Source of the DNA: a virus
Strand: one strand, 5' to 3'
DNA: 64,000 nucleotides
Virus record (IMG/VR): IMGVR_UViG_3300027644_000003
Coordinates: 1-64,000 of that record
The position numbers and the translations under genes are program-made. Below are positions 51,997-61,769 of this stretch, one piece after another. Position 1 is the stretch's first letter, and each line of letters opens with the position of its first letter. The notes below the pieces were generated by a model that ran no database searches, was not told where the DNA came from, and saw nothing but the letters and a program-made list of their open reading frames with translations.

Positions 51997-52473
51997 TTAA
52001 GGCTGAATGAAGAAAAAGAAAGCGTTAGCCAGTACGTTATTAAATGGGTCTGGGAACTCTGAGCGTACAAACTCTTGGTCAGCCGCAAAGAATAGACCTT
52101 CGTTCTCTACCCCCTCAAAGGATTCCCCACCTACTGTGGTTTCCCAACCCAGGTGTTGATATGCAACTAGGCTTATTACGTAGTCTGCGTCATCTGTAAA
52201 TTTTTTAGGGGTTTGTGTTGGTTGAGGACCAGCATAGATATCTAAGTGCTGCCAGTTAGGGATTAACGCAGGGTTATTAAACATTTGCCTAGCTACGGGC
52301 AAAAGCTTTTCGTGAAGCATGCGAAGCTCAGGTGTATCTTTTAGTTGCAAGACTCCGTAGCCAGACTCATGAGGCGGTCTAGCTTTCTTTAAAGCTTCGT
52401 GGTGCTCTAAGGCGTATTTTTGCAGGTACTCAAAGTCTCGTTCTGAAAAAAGGTCTTGTATAACCTTATTCAC
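51997..52473 (-). CDS. 2OG-Fe(II) oxygenase-like fold lacking the HxD motif
   Basis: LLPVARQMF...LIPNW..LDIY.G...YVISLVAYQ..GW...VGG...ENEGLFF...R.EFP...FFFF matches phage 2OG oxygenases, but the iron-binding His residues are absent. Confidence 0.55.
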   Translation of the reverse strand: MNKVIQDLFSERDFEYLQKYALEHHEALKKARPPHESGYGVLQLKDTPELRMLHEKLLPVARQMFNNPALIPNWQHLDIYAGPQPTQTPKKFTDDADYVISLVAYQHLGWETTVGGESFEGVENEGLFFAADQEFVRSEFPDPFNNVLANAFFFFIQP

Positions 52474-52744
52474 TTTCAGGCCCCTTAATTTCTTCTACCT
52501 TACTCCATTTACCAATAGGGCATTCAGCAGGTGCAATCTTAACTTTAAGGTGCATAAAACATCCACACTTTTTACAGTTCTGAGTTAGTTTAATTAAGTG
52601 GGCACATCCGTTGCAAATCTCAAGGCGTTTCTTAGCAACTTCATCGGTAGTGCGAGGAACGTTTTTATCTAAAAGATCCCAAGGCCTAGTGTCCCCTAAG
52701 TTCTTTTTATACTTTTGCCACAGGGATAAGTTCTCTTCAGACAT
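52466..52744 (-). CDS. DUF6171-like Cys-cluster protein
   Basis: RLEICNGC...CKKCGCFM..K......CPIGKW. Confidence 0.8.
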   Translation of the reverse strand: MSEENLSLWQKYKKNLGDTRPWDLLDKNVPRTTDEVAKKRLEICNGCAHLIKLTQNCKKCGCFMHLKVKIAPAECPIGKWSKVEEIKGPESE

Positions 52745-52753
52745 ATTGTTCTC

Positions 52754-53239
52754 CTAGATTTCTGACCACATATTTAGGTCTTGGTTCTTAAGCATCGATT
52801 TTGGGGCGATATTGAATCCTATCATAAAGGTATTTTCATGACTATAAGTAATCTTTTTTCCTGCTTCCCAAAGGTAGATGTCTCCCGCAGCCAACAGATT
52901 AGATACCCCACCCACAGTTATAAAGCTGCCCTCTTCGGCGGTTAGTATAAATACGCCAGAGAAACAAGGGATCCTAACTCCTCCGGTGTCGTACCAAACG
53001 TCTGTTCGAACCTCGCTTATTAACTCGGATGATAGATAGAAAGTTGAGTGGGTCCGACTCAATTCATAGTAGCTGCAGGAATCTTCTAGTAACTTTTTGA
53101 TTTCTCTATGAGCATAGTTAATTGACATATCTTCAGCAATAGGTACATTTGAAGAAAATACTTTTACCGGCTTAGTCAATAAGCTTAAGAGCACCTGCTC
53201 CTCTCCCTTACTCATTAAATCCCCCAATTCTTTGACCAA
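52754..53239 (-). CDS. Cupin / 2OG oxygenase-like protein, degenerate
   Basis: WYDTGG...CFSGVFIL...GDIYLWEAG...IGFNIAP; no HxD. Confidence 0.45.
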   Translation of the reverse strand: MVKELGDLMSKGEEQVLLSLLTKPVKVFSSNVPIAEDMSINYAHREIKKLLEDSCSYYELSRTHSTFYLSSELISEVRTDVWYDTGGVRIPCFSGVFILTAEEGSFITVGGVSNLLAAGDIYLWEAGKKITYSHENTFMIGFNIAPKSMLKNQDLNMWSEI

Positions 53240-53717
53240 ACCATATTAACGGAAAAGCTGGGTCTCTGGGAGGCTCTGCCTCGTCGTAGTCAATTCTTCC
53301 GCCCTTGATTGCAGGGACGTAGGAAGATTCTCCTAGTTCAGCCCTAGTTTTGTCATAGATCCTATCGGTCTGCTTACTTCGATCCCCAGTCCCATCTATA
53401 TTGATGTCGAACTTAGAAGCAAAAAAGTGTTTTAAAAGTATGCCAAAAGGTACCCAATAGCCGTTACGTCTATGTATAGGGTTCGTGTACATTCTTTGAA
53501 CTTGGTAGCCATTATCAAAACAGGCATACATATCGGGGTAGGCATAGGGCATGTACTCAGAAAGTATTACTGTGCCGGTAGGGTGCTCATCGTTCTTATA
53601 TATTGAGACAATATAGGTAAACAAAGTACTTTCTGGCTCAACACAAACATGGACCCAGAAGCCAGTCAGCTTCTCTGGAAAATCAAAGTTTAGGATTTGT
53701 GCGCCGTTTAAGTTCAT
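53208..53717 (-). CDS. GNAT-like protein
   Basis: RMYTNPIHRRNGY resembles acetyl-CoA-binding motif A. Confidence 0.45.
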   Translation of the reverse strand: MNLNGAQILNFDFPEKLTGFWVHVCVEPESTLFTYIVSIYKNDEHPTGTVILSEYMPYAYPDMYACFDNGYQVQRMYTNPIHRRNGYWVPFGILLKHFFASKFDINIDGTGDRSKQTDRIYDKTRAELGESSYVPAIKGGRIDYDEAEPPRDPAFPLIWFGQRIGGFNE

Positions 53718-53719
53718 AG

Positions 53720-56074
53720 TTAGTCAACCGTATTGGAGTCGTGAGTCAACATCCTTTCGGTAAAGAATATATCATAAGGTTCACAGTCGATAGAAACCAC
53801 TTCGTGATTCACATCTACTTTTTTAAGGATGCTAATTGAGATCCAGTTGCGCTCAGCATATGACCATATGAGGTCTGTATCTTCAAGATCAAGTGCTTTA
53901 ACAAACGAGGTTACGTCTCCACGCTTGACCATAATGTAGTGAGTGTCTGAGAATATGTCTGAATCTACAATGACTGCCCACTTAGATATACGAGTACGGA
54001 TGTTTACAATCTCAGTTTCTACAAGGTTAACTTGTGGGTTTTGAGCAATCCATTCAATAAGGTCTATATCTGTTACAAGTAAGTTGTCGTACGGGAAGGT
54101 AGCGATGTCTGCAGAAAGCAGCTTATCTCCAACTTTAAGATCATGAGCAGCAACTAGCCCATCTTTTGTACGAACTAAAGTATTAATGTTAATACTTTTT
54201 AGTCCACTTTCGCCAAAGCCAGGGCCAAAGAAATCAAGATCAAGAGGTGGAAGTACCGTCTCTGTAGTACCTCCAGTTGAAGTGTCTGTTTCTACAAAAG
54301 TAGTACTTCCATCAGGGTTGTTAGTAAAGGTAATTTGTGTTCCAGTCTCTGGATTTACAGGCAACGTTGTGGTTTCAGGTTGCGTTGGAAGTGTGGTGCC
54401 GTTAGAAGCTGCTGGACCTGTAGGGCTTGTAACAGTCGGCTCAACACAAGGACCATAAATATCTGCGCAACCGCCTCTAGTAATGCAGTATGTTTGCGTA
54501 CCGTTGTTTCCGCAATTTTGTGTTCCAGAACCATAGATGCACTCGGTACAGTTAATTACAGGTTCAACTACCGTTGGCACACCGCAAAAATTTCTACCCG
54601 CACTACGTGGGGCACAGTTAGAGTAGGAACAAGGGTCATATTGGTTAACCATTAGAGTTCCATAACCATCTGCACCAACGTTTATACAATAGCTTGCATC
54701 ATCATCTATACAACAAGGTGTCCCAATAGCTGGAGCTACACAAGCCGTGTATCTGTCTGGACAGTTTGCTGGGGTCCTAAGAATTGTTCTAGTACCAGCT
54801 CTACCATCTGAAGTTGTGCATGGATCATCAGGTATTTCTCTAACAACTGGACAACTTGGTGTTCCCGGGTCAACCCAAATCTCTGGACACACAGCATATT
54901 GACCATTAGTTGTTATGCTGTTAGTACAATTTGTATTTGTAGGTGGGTCTACTAAATTAGTTGTTGAGTATTTATTACAACTAGTTACATTTCCGTTAGT
55001 CCTACATACTTCTGTTACATAGTAAGTAGTGGTTACTGGCCCACCGCCTGTTGGTCCGGTTACTCCTGTTGGTCCAGTTGGTCCAGTTGGAGCTTGAACA
55101 GTACACTGTACAAAGTTGTATATATTGTTGCAGCCTTCAGGAGTTACACATTTGTATCTAATTGCTTTACCTGAAGGACAGCCCGCTTCAGCGTATTCTT
55201 CTTCTCCACTACCAACTCCACAGTATGCGCCACCACATTTAGGAATTTCTCCAACACAGTCACCAATAACGGTGTCTTGAACTGGAGTACACCAACTTTG
55301 GAAAGTTCTAGAAGTTACTAATCTTTGTCCAGTACTTAAGTATCCACAACCCTCATAAGTAGCAGAGGTTGATTTTGGAATACTGCAATTTTCTGTAGTA
55401 GAGCAAGAAGGAAACGAAATTATTCCTGCAGCTTCACAAACCCACTCACCAACTCCAGCAACAACGGTGCCAGTAAAATCGGTATCTTTGAGTTCATTTA
55501 TACACGCTCCAGTAGAGAATGGGCGAAGAGTACAGTAGTACTTGACGTTAGGCTGTAAAGGGTTGCAGCATGAGTACGAAACTTTAACGGAACTATCACT
55601 ATAGCGCTTTGTTACACGTTTTGCGTAACCACTAGTACATCCAGAAATTCCACCCCAAAGTTCGCAGTCTCCTATTTGTTCACTAACTACTTGAATAATT
55701 GCATCTTCTTTAGTACACACTCCTGCTGGAGCTGTATAGGTAATGCATCCCGGATCTGTTTGACAGGTGTAGGGCGCAGTTCTAGTTCCTAAAGTAACGC
55801 CATCTGCTAAATAGCAAGGCTCTGTTGTAGGAAGAATAATGCCGTTAGTGCCGTTTAAACAATAGTTAGGCCGGTAACAAATAGTCTCTGGAATAGCTGC
55901 GGGCTGTTGTCCTGGAGCAGTACAGGTAGATCTCCATGTTCCGCTTATTCGAACATAAGATTGGTTTACTGTACGCCAAGTTCCGTTTACTTTTACATAT
56001 CCGCAAACACCATTAGAAGGAGAGTCTGTGGTGACTACCTTCCAAGCACCGGCAACTTTAGCGTATGTTGCCAT
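53720..56074 (-). CDS. Cys-rich tail-fibre adhesin-like protein with a C-terminal Hint domain
   Basis: N-terminal Y(A/V)KVxGxW repeats; about 46 Cys; short GPT run; C-terminal SININTLVRTKDG...DLKVGD...FSDTH...VVSIDCE...THD. Confidence 0.8.
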   Translation of the reverse strand: MATYAKVAGAWKVVTTDSPSNGVCGYVKVNGTWRTVNQSYVRISGTWRSTCTAPGQQPAAIPETICYRPNYCLNGTNGIILPTTEPCYLADGVTLGTRTAPYTCQTDPGCITYTAPAGVCTKEDAIIQVVSEQIGDCELWGGISGCTSGYAKRVTKRYSDSSVKVSYSCCNPLQPNVKYYCTLRPFSTGACINELKDTDFTGTVVAGVGEWVCEAAGIISFPSCSTTENCSIPKSTSATYEGCGYLSTGQRLVTSRTFQSWCTPVQDTVIGDCVGEIPKCGGAYCGVGSGEEEYAEAGCPSGKAIRYKCVTPEGCNNIYNFVQCTVQAPTGPTGPTGVTGPTGGGPVTTTYYVTEVCRTNGNVTSCNKYSTTNLVDPPTNTNCTNSITTNGQYAVCPEIWVDPGTPSCPVVREIPDDPCTTSDGRAGTRTILRTPANCPDRYTACVAPAIGTPCCIDDDASYCINVGADGYGTLMVNQYDPCSYSNCAPRSAGRNFCGVPTVVEPVINCTECIYGSGTQNCGNNGTQTYCITRGGCADIYGPCVEPTVTSPTGPAASNGTTLPTQPETTTLPVNPETGTQITFTNNPDGSTTFVETDTSTGGTTETVLPPLDLDFFGPGFGESGLKSININTLVRTKDGLVAAHDLKVGDKLLSADIATFPYDNLLVTDIDLIEWIAQNPQVNLVETEIVNIRTRISKWAVIVDSDIFSDTHYIMVKRGDVTSFVKALDLEDTDLIWSYAERNWISISILKKVDVNHEVVSIDCEPYDIFFTERMLTHDSNTVD

Positions 56075-56077
56075 GGC

Positions 56078-56359
56078 TTAAACGTACTTCAGCCAGACAT
56101 CCCCATCAGAACCACCAGTAGGTGTTCCAGTAGATGTAAATATATTTCGTACAACTCCAGAGCTAGTACTTGCAGTTGTAACTGCGCCGTTAGTTGCGCT
56201 TACTGCACCAATAGCTAAAGGTAGAACGGGGTCTAATCCGCCCTGAGCATGCTGGGTAGCGTGAAGAGATGCAGCAGCACCAATAGATGCAGGATCAGCT
56301 TGAGCTGTTCCAAAAGACTCCCAAGTGTTTGCTTGTTGATTCCATCTGCGTAAACCCAT
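56078..56359 (-). CDS. Short tail-fibre subunit
   Basis: HATQHAQGGLDP and VRNIFTSTGTPTGGSDGDVWLKY are fibre-type motifs. Confidence 0.7.
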   Translation of the reverse strand: MGLRRWNQQANTWESFGTAQADPASIGAAASLHATQHAQGGLDPVLPLAIGAVSATNGAVTTASTSSGVVRNIFTSTGTPTGGSDGDVWLKYV

Positions 56360-56952
56360 TAGTTAACTCCAAACACTAGTACGGTGCCGGCTGTAAAACC
56401 ACCGGCATCAATAATTAACTGAACAGAACTAATTGGCTGTACCTGTAACCAGGTTCCAACTTTAAGAACAGGGGTTATGTTATTGTTAACGAGTCTGTAC
56501 ACGCCGTTTGCTACGCATGTAGAGTATCCTTGCGTATCTTGAGTGTCTTCAAAGGTAAAAGAAAATTTATTTGTGGATATTCCAGATTTAATAAGTGGTA
56601 GTTCTATAATTTCTGTAGCCACTAGTCCAGCAGAATCAATATAACTAACGTTATCATTATTACAAGTTACTCTAAGAGTTGCATTTGCAGAAAGTACTAG
56701 TCCCCGTATTAAAATGTAAAGGTCTTTGTAGTCTGAGTTTACAGATAGGTTAACTGATCTTCCAACAATTGTTGCTAAGTTTAAAGTTTGTAACAGGTTT
56801 TTACCCGCGTTATTTTGAGTATCGGAGTCAATCCAAACATCTCCGTCAGTAGCATATGTTGGTAGAAACGGACCAATATGAATAGTTTTACCGGGACGAT
56901 TGTCCGTAAACTGAATTGCTCCTACGTCTACTCCGTTAAGTTTAACTGCCAT
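56359..56952 (-). CDS. Putative tail-fibre-associated protein
   Basis: P...DGDVWID; YKDLYILI...FTAGTVLVFGVN. Confidence 0.65.
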   Translation of the reverse strand: MAVKLNGVDVGAIQFTDNRPGKTIHIGPFLPTYATDGDVWIDSDTQNNAGKNLLQTLNLATIVGRSVNLSVNSDYKDLYILIRGLVLSANATLRVTCNNDNVSYIDSAGLVATEIIELPLIKSGISTNKFSFTFEDTQDTQGYSTCVANGVYRLVNNNITPVLKVGTWLQVQPISSVQLIIDAGGFTAGTVLVFGVN

Positions 56953-57287
56953 TAGTCGGTAATCTCCGATCCAAAGGCGTTAAATGATAGGTTATTGGTA
57001 GACGCAAAAATGTAAATAGCGTCACCAGTTCTTAAAGTAATTCCTAAAGTGTAGGTAATTGTAGATGTGGCGGGTATAGTGCTATCAAAAACAATATACT
57101 GCTTAGCGCTGTCTACGGCGCCATTTTCACGAACAGAAATTCTGTATGTGGATGAGCTACTTCCTCGGTTACAAATAGAGATAGTAGACACTACTGTTTG
57201 AATGCCTGTTCCAACAGGGCCGTAAAGCGGGGTAATTGTCGTGGTAACTGGCGCTGATTGAGCTAGGATCTTATACGTTGTTGCCAT
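56952..57287 (-). CDS. Small virion beta-sandwich protein homologous to the N-domains of the collagen fibres
   Basis: YKILAQSAP...VVSTISICN...YIVFD...LGITL..GD. Confidence 0.7.
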   Translation of the reverse strand: MATTYKILAQSAPVTTTITPLYGPVGTGIQTVVSTISICNRGSSSSTYRISVRENGAVDSAKQYIVFDSTIPATSTITYTLGITLRTGDAIYIFASTNNLSFNAFGSEITD

Positions 57288-58347
57288 CTAGGGTCTCCCG
57301 TGAATAAAAGGCTAAATTAGACTGAAGCCTAAGTTCGTCTGGATTTAATTCTACAGCTTTAGTGCCGTAAGTCAGGGCTTTCTCAAAGTTTCCTAGATTG
57401 TAGGCCGATATAGCAGCGTAGTCATAGGGCATATATCCCCAAGCAAACTCTTCACATAGATACTCTAAAGGTTTGTCTGTAATAGATAGGGCATTTTCTG
57501 CCATAACTAGACACTCTTCCCACCTGTTTTGTTGGTAGTAGAACTCCGCCAACTCTACATAGGCCTCTCTACGAGTAGGAGCTTCCTTAACTGCTTTCTT
57601 AAACCACTCTTCTTTTTCCCTAGGGTCAATCTCGAGTTTGGCTATGTAACGCATAGATGCGGCACGCTCTGGGGGCCAAACCGCTTTTGGTAAAGATAAG
57701 TGACGTTTGAACTCTTCTGTTGCTAATGAAGCTTGGCCATGAAAAAACAACTCTCGGGCGTAATAAAAAGCATTACGATCATCTGAAAGATCCTCTAGCA
57801 CAGCTTGTTGCAAAAGAGGCATATATTGAGAACGAGACTTTGAATCATCTGCATGGTGATGGATCTCTAATTTAACCCAACCTTGACGCTCTTCACTTTG
57901 ATTAGTTACTAGAACTTCGTGTACTGGATGCTTCCAACGATACCCTTTTCGTGTGTGGATTTTATCCCCACCATATTGAAGCCCTGGAGTACCATCTGCT
58001 TTCCAATTCCAAGTGTATTGGTAACGAGGGCGAGTCCAACCTTCTTGATGAGCTTTTTCTAATTCTGGGCGCCAACCCTCAATAAGGACTTCATCTAAGT
58101 CTAATGCAATGCAATAATCTATGTCTAAGGGTATAGCGGCTAAAGACGCATTACGAGCATCATCAAATCTCCAAGGTTTTACGCCAATATTTACTACGTT
58201 TATACCCAAAGACTTGGCAAGTTCAACAGTACTGTCGTTAGAACCAGTATCAGCAATAAGCAAGTAGTCAGCGTCTTTTGCCGATTCATACCAAGTTTTA
58301 ACAAACTTAACTTCGTTTAGAGCAATCGAATAGACTGCAACTTTCAT
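57271..58347 (-). CDS. GT2 glycosyltransferase with C-terminal TPR repeats
   Basis: VYSIALNE...DTGSND.T...PWRFDDARN...LDLDE...VHE, followed by TPR-like helices. Confidence 0.92.
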   Translation of the reverse strand: MKVAVYSIALNEVKFVKTWYESAKDADYLLIADTGSNDSTVELAKSLGINVVNIGVKPWRFDDARNASLAAIPLDIDYCIALDLDEVLIEGWRPELEKAHQEGWTRPRYQYTWNWKADGTPGLQYGGDKIHTRKGYRWKHPVHEVLVTNQSEERQGWVKLEIHHHADDSKSRSQYMPLLQQAVLEDLSDDRNAFYYARELFFHGQASLATEEFKRHLSLPKAVWPPERAASMRYIAKLEIDPREKEEWFKKAVKEAPTRREAYVELAEFYYQQNRWEECLVMAENALSITDKPLEYLCEEFAWGYMPYDYAAISAYNLGNFEKALTYGTKAVELNPDELRLQSNLAFYSRETLDGNNV

Positions 58348-58370
58348 ATTATGCTCCGATTTTGTAGGAA

Positions 58371-58544
58371 TTACTTAGTGGCTGCTACTTTTCTTTTTAG
58401 GTCGTCTAATGCATCTTGTATACGATCTTGTGTTCTAGTATCTAAAGATTTAATTTCTTCTAGACGAACAAGCTCTGCTTCTAGAAGTACTATGCCTTTT
58501 TCGTAGTCTGCAACGCTTGCCGCAGGGGTTGTTTCTTCAGTCAT
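58371..58544 (-). CDS. 57-aa coiled-coil protein
   Basis: Absent from the track: MTEETTPAASVADYEKGIVLLEAELVRLEEIKSLDTRTQDRIQDALDDLKRKVAATK; GAGGAG RBS. Confidence 0.75.
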   Translation of the reverse strand: MTEETTPAASVADYEKGIVLLEAELVRLEEIKSLDTRTQDRIQDALDDLKRKVAATK

Positions 58545-58547
58545 TTA

Positions 58548-58667
58548 TTACTCCTCTGTTGGGTAGACAAGATCGTAGCCAATTACAGCCCCAGTCTCAT
58601 CCTTTACTTCGAATTTTTCTGCCCCAGTTTCTGGGTCAAGTCCTAAACTTACTTTAGTTACGGTCAT
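58548..58667 (-). CDS. 39-aa acidic peptide
   Basis: Absent from the track: [39 protein letters not shown]; ATGA overlap with the fibre gene. Confidence 0.7.
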   Translation of the reverse strand: MTVTKVSLGLDPETGAEKFEVKDETGAVIGYDLVYPTEE

Positions 58668-60139
58668 ACTAATCTTCCCCAAATTCCTACTGTGCTAGTT
58701 GAATAGGCAGTAGCGCTGGCTGGTAGGTCTGCAGTTGCTGCTACTAAACCTGTCATTCTTGGAGCTAATGTGCTCAAAGTTGCTGGAATAGAGTTAAAGG
58801 CTGTGTACACAGTACCTACTGTAGCAGCCACAATTACTACGCCTATTGCATAACGTGTTCCAGCGGTAAGCGTATAGCTTGCTGCGTATCCACCAGTAGT
58901 ATTAAATGATCGTGTATAAACAGTATTAACTGCGCTAAAGATTGTGGTGTCTGAGGCTGTTCTAGCAACAAGAGTTGCATTACCTGAACCGTCTACCGTG
59001 TATAGACCAAATCTAACTAAGCTCTGACCAGTTGTTTGTGTTGAGGCAGAAGCAATAGTAATAGAGCTAACTGAGGTAGTTGTTCGTGGAGTAAAGAAAG
59101 TAAAGTAAGTAGATCCACTAGAAGGTGTTCCCGTAAAGTTTCCAATACGTGGGTACACATCAACAGCAGTTGCTGATTGATTTACTGAGCCAATAAGAGG
59201 AATTTCATACGCAGAGGTATCAAATGAAACCGTAGAAGTTCCGACATCGTAAAGTACTGGAGAGGTTGCTGCCACTAGTCCTTTTGGACCTGTTGGACCT
59301 GTTCCACCAGTTGGACCTGTTACGGTCGATGGAGGTCCAGTTGGACCTGTTGGGCCCGTAACAGTGGACTGTGGACCAGTTGGACCGGTAGGCCCCGTAA
59401 CTGTAGATGGAACAGTAGAGGTTGGCCCGGTAGGACCTGTTGGTCCAAGAATGTTTCCAGTGTTAAGCCATTGAGTTCCAGACCATACCCAAAGATCTCC
59501 ACCAATTAGGTAAGCATCTCCAATAGATCCTGTTGGATACGCAGCAACAAGGGCCGCGTAAGTTGCAAAAGAACCAAGAATGTTAAGTCCAGCACCAATA
59601 GCTCCGGTAGGTCCTGTGGGACCTGTAGGTCCTATAAAACCAGTATTTCCAGTTTGACCGGTTGCACCTTGTGAACCTGTTGGTCCAGTAGCTCCAACAG
59701 AAATAGAAATTTTCCAGGTAGATCCATCCCAAAAAGCAATTGACTGGGTTACAGCATTAATCCAAATATCACCAATAGACGGAAATGCCGGAGGTCCAGC
59801 GTTATAAGTTACATACTGATTACCGTTGTTTTCGTACGCACCGTTTACGTAATAAGAAAGGTTATCACTACTACCAAGTACAGTTACAATATCGCCAATA
59901 TTAATAGCAAATCTAAATGTTTCAAAAGATTGACCCGCACCAACAGATATGTTTTTAACAATGTAAATTCCTGCGGAGGCAAGAGTTGCTCCATTAGGGA
60001 TTACAGCAACGCTAGAGGTTGCGTTAACTTCTCCTTTATTGGCAACAATAACGGATACAACATAACCACGTGCGGCAGTAACAAGATTTGTTTGTACATC
60101 CTTTAAAGGATTGGCGTTTCCTACGCGGACTACTGGCAT
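58664..60139 (-). CDS. Collagen-like (GPT repeat) tail fibre protein
   Basis: Interrupted (G-P-T)n runs, [13 protein letters not shown] knob, beta-rich C-terminal domain. Confidence 0.88.
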   Translation of the reverse strand: MPVVRVGNANPLKDVQTNLVTAARGYVVSVIVANKGEVNATSSVAVIPNGATLASAGIYIVKNISVGAGQSFETFRFAINIGDIVTVLGSSDNLSYYVNGAYENNGNQYVTYNAGPPAFPSIGDIWINAVTQSIAFWDGSTWKISISVGATGPTGSQGATGQTGNTGFIGPTGPTGPTGAIGAGLNILGSFATYAALVAAYPTGSIGDAYLIGGDLWVWSGTQWLNTGNILGPTGPTGPTSTVPSTVTGPTGPTGPQSTVTGPTGPTGPPSTVTGPTGGTGPTGPKGLVAATSPVLYDVGTSTVSFDTSAYEIPLIGSVNQSATAVDVYPRIGNFTGTPSSGSTYFTFFTPRTTTSVSSITIASASTQTTGQSLVRFGLYTVDGSGNATLVARTASDTTIFSAVNTVYTRSFNTTGGYAASYTLTAGTRYAIGVVIVAATVGTVYTAFNSIPATLSTLAPRMTGLVAATADLPASATAYSTSTVGIWGRLV

Positions 60140-60149
60140 TTATTTACCC

Positions 60150-61769
60150 CTAACCAATAACCGTAATTGTGCCATTCATTGATGAATGGAGTGAACATAT
60201 ATAGTATAAAGTATTCGGGGCACCGGCCGGCACCGTAAATGTAATTATGCCCGCTCCTGTTCCCCCATTTGTTACTCCTGTTGAGTAAGTAAGGTTTGAG
60301 TTGTAAGCGCCTGGAGTTGTTTGAAAGTAGAATGGGTGGCTAGGAGCGTTTATAGTAAAGTAATACGTGTAACCCCGTACAAGGGTTATTGCTGGATTAT
60401 TACTAGTTCCATCAATTGTGTAAGTACCGCCTGATGGACTAGTTACTAAAAAGTTTTTTGCTACGGTCATGCCTGTTGCACCCGTTGCCCCCGTTGCCCC
60501 CGTTGGACCTGCAACAGTTGAGGCTGCTCCTGTAGGGCCAGTTGGTCCGGTAACAGTACTTGCGGCACCAGTTGCTCCGGTTGGTCCGGTTGGACCACCT
60601 GACGGACCTGTTGGGCCGGTAGGACCTGTTGCGCCAATAGCTGCGGCTTCACCAGGAATACCTTGAGAACCCGTAGGACCAGTAGGACCTGTTGGTCCCG
60701 CTACTGTGCTTGCCGCACCTGTAGGGCCAGTAGGACCCGGTATAACACTCGCAGCTCCTGTAGGACCAGTTGGCCCCGTAGGTCCTCCTGAAGGACCTGT
60801 AGGTCCGGTAGGACCATCAATACCTGCAGTACCTGTTGGACCAGTTGGACCAACACATCTAACTCCAGCAGGCCAAGCCCCACTTGTTTTTGGTCCATAA
60901 ATAGTGCTACTAGCAGTGTCTATGTAAAATTGTCCGTCAACGCCAATAATATTTGTTGGGGGTAGAAGGCCGGAAAGTATTCCAGAACCAGCTGGACCCG
61001 TTACACCTTGTGCACCAGTTGGGCCTGTAGGGCCACCTGAAGGACCTGTAGGTCCAGTAGGACCAACTAGGGGTCCAGCATTTTGCCAAACAGTGTTTGA
61101 CCAAACATATAATTCAGTTCCTACTACATAACCGTCACCGTTAGTACCACCTGTTCCATGTGCGGCTATAAATAGTGCGTATGTTGAGTAATAACCTTTT
61201 ATTACTAAACCGCTTCCAGTATTACCTGGAGCACCAGTTGGTCCAGTTGCACCTGAAGCTGCAGCCCAACCTGTTGGAGTTTTAAACTCAATATAGTTTA
61301 AGTCTGTGTTGTATCTCCAGTAACCTGTTTCTGCAGCAGCTGGGCGTTCTGCCGTAGTTCCAACTGCAGGATAAATAACATTATCGTTACCCCTAATAAT
61401 TTTATTAGTAAAGGTAATAGGTACATTGTTAATACTGTATTCGTTATTTTGATCCATACCTTGAATAACAAAAGAAGTGCCTGCGGTTGTTGATCTAACT
61501 AGTACGGTGTCTCCCGCATTTACGCCAAATTTAAAAGTTTCAAATGCCTGCCCTAAGCCTACCTCTAGGTTAGAGGTAATGTAGGCGTATCCACTTGGTT
61601 GAGATACTCCTTGAGGGACAACCCAAATATCTACTTTAGTTGCACTAGTAGTAGCAGCAGTTAAAGTATTTGAAGCAATAACGGATGCAAGGTATGACGT
61701 AGTTACGTTATACAAAACATACGAAGTATTAGCCGCAGGTGTGAAAGCACCAAGTCGAACAATCGCCAT
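60150..61769 (-). CDS. Collagen-like (GPT repeat) tail fibre protein with a cupredoxin-like C-terminus
   Basis: Extensive GPT/GAT triplets; C-terminal HPFYFQ...[11 protein letters not shown]. Confidence 0.88.
   Translation of the reverse strand: MAIVRLGAFTPAANTSYVLYNVTTSYLASVIASNTLTAATTSATKVDIWVVPQGVSQPSGYAYITSNLEVGLGQAFETFKFGVNAGDTVLVRSTTAGTSFVIQGMDQNNEYSINNVPITFTNKIIRGNDNVIYPAVGTTAERPAAAETGYWRYNTDLNYIEFKTPTGWAAASGATGPTGAPGNTGSGLVIKGYYSTYALFIAAHGTGGTNGDGYVVGTELYVWSNTVWQNAGPLVGPTGPTGPSGGPTGPTGAQGVTGPAGSGILSGLLPPTNIIGVDGQFYIDTASSTIYGPKTSGAWPAGVRCVGPTGPTGTAGIDGPTGPTGPSGGPTGPTGPTGAASVIPGPTGPTGAASTVAGPTGPTGPTGSQGIPGEAAAIGATGPTGPTGPSGGPTGPTGATGAASTVTGPTGPTGAASTVAGPTGATGATGATGMTVAKNFLVTSPSGGTYTIDGTSNNPAITLVRGYTYYFTINAPSHPFYFQTTPGAYNSNLTYSTGVTNGGTGAGIITFTVPAGAPNTLYYICSLHSSMNGTITVIG

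Noticed and set aside
53720-56074. Diversity-generating retroelement target or polymorphic toxin
   Set aside because: No reverse transcriptase or template/variable repeat pair was seen, and only five residues follow the Hint domain, so there is no toxin domain.
59270-61260. GGACC(A/T)GT(T/A) tandem repeats as non-coding repeats, and plus-strand PVG ORFs
   Set aside because: They are Gly-Pro-Thr collagen codons on the minus strand.
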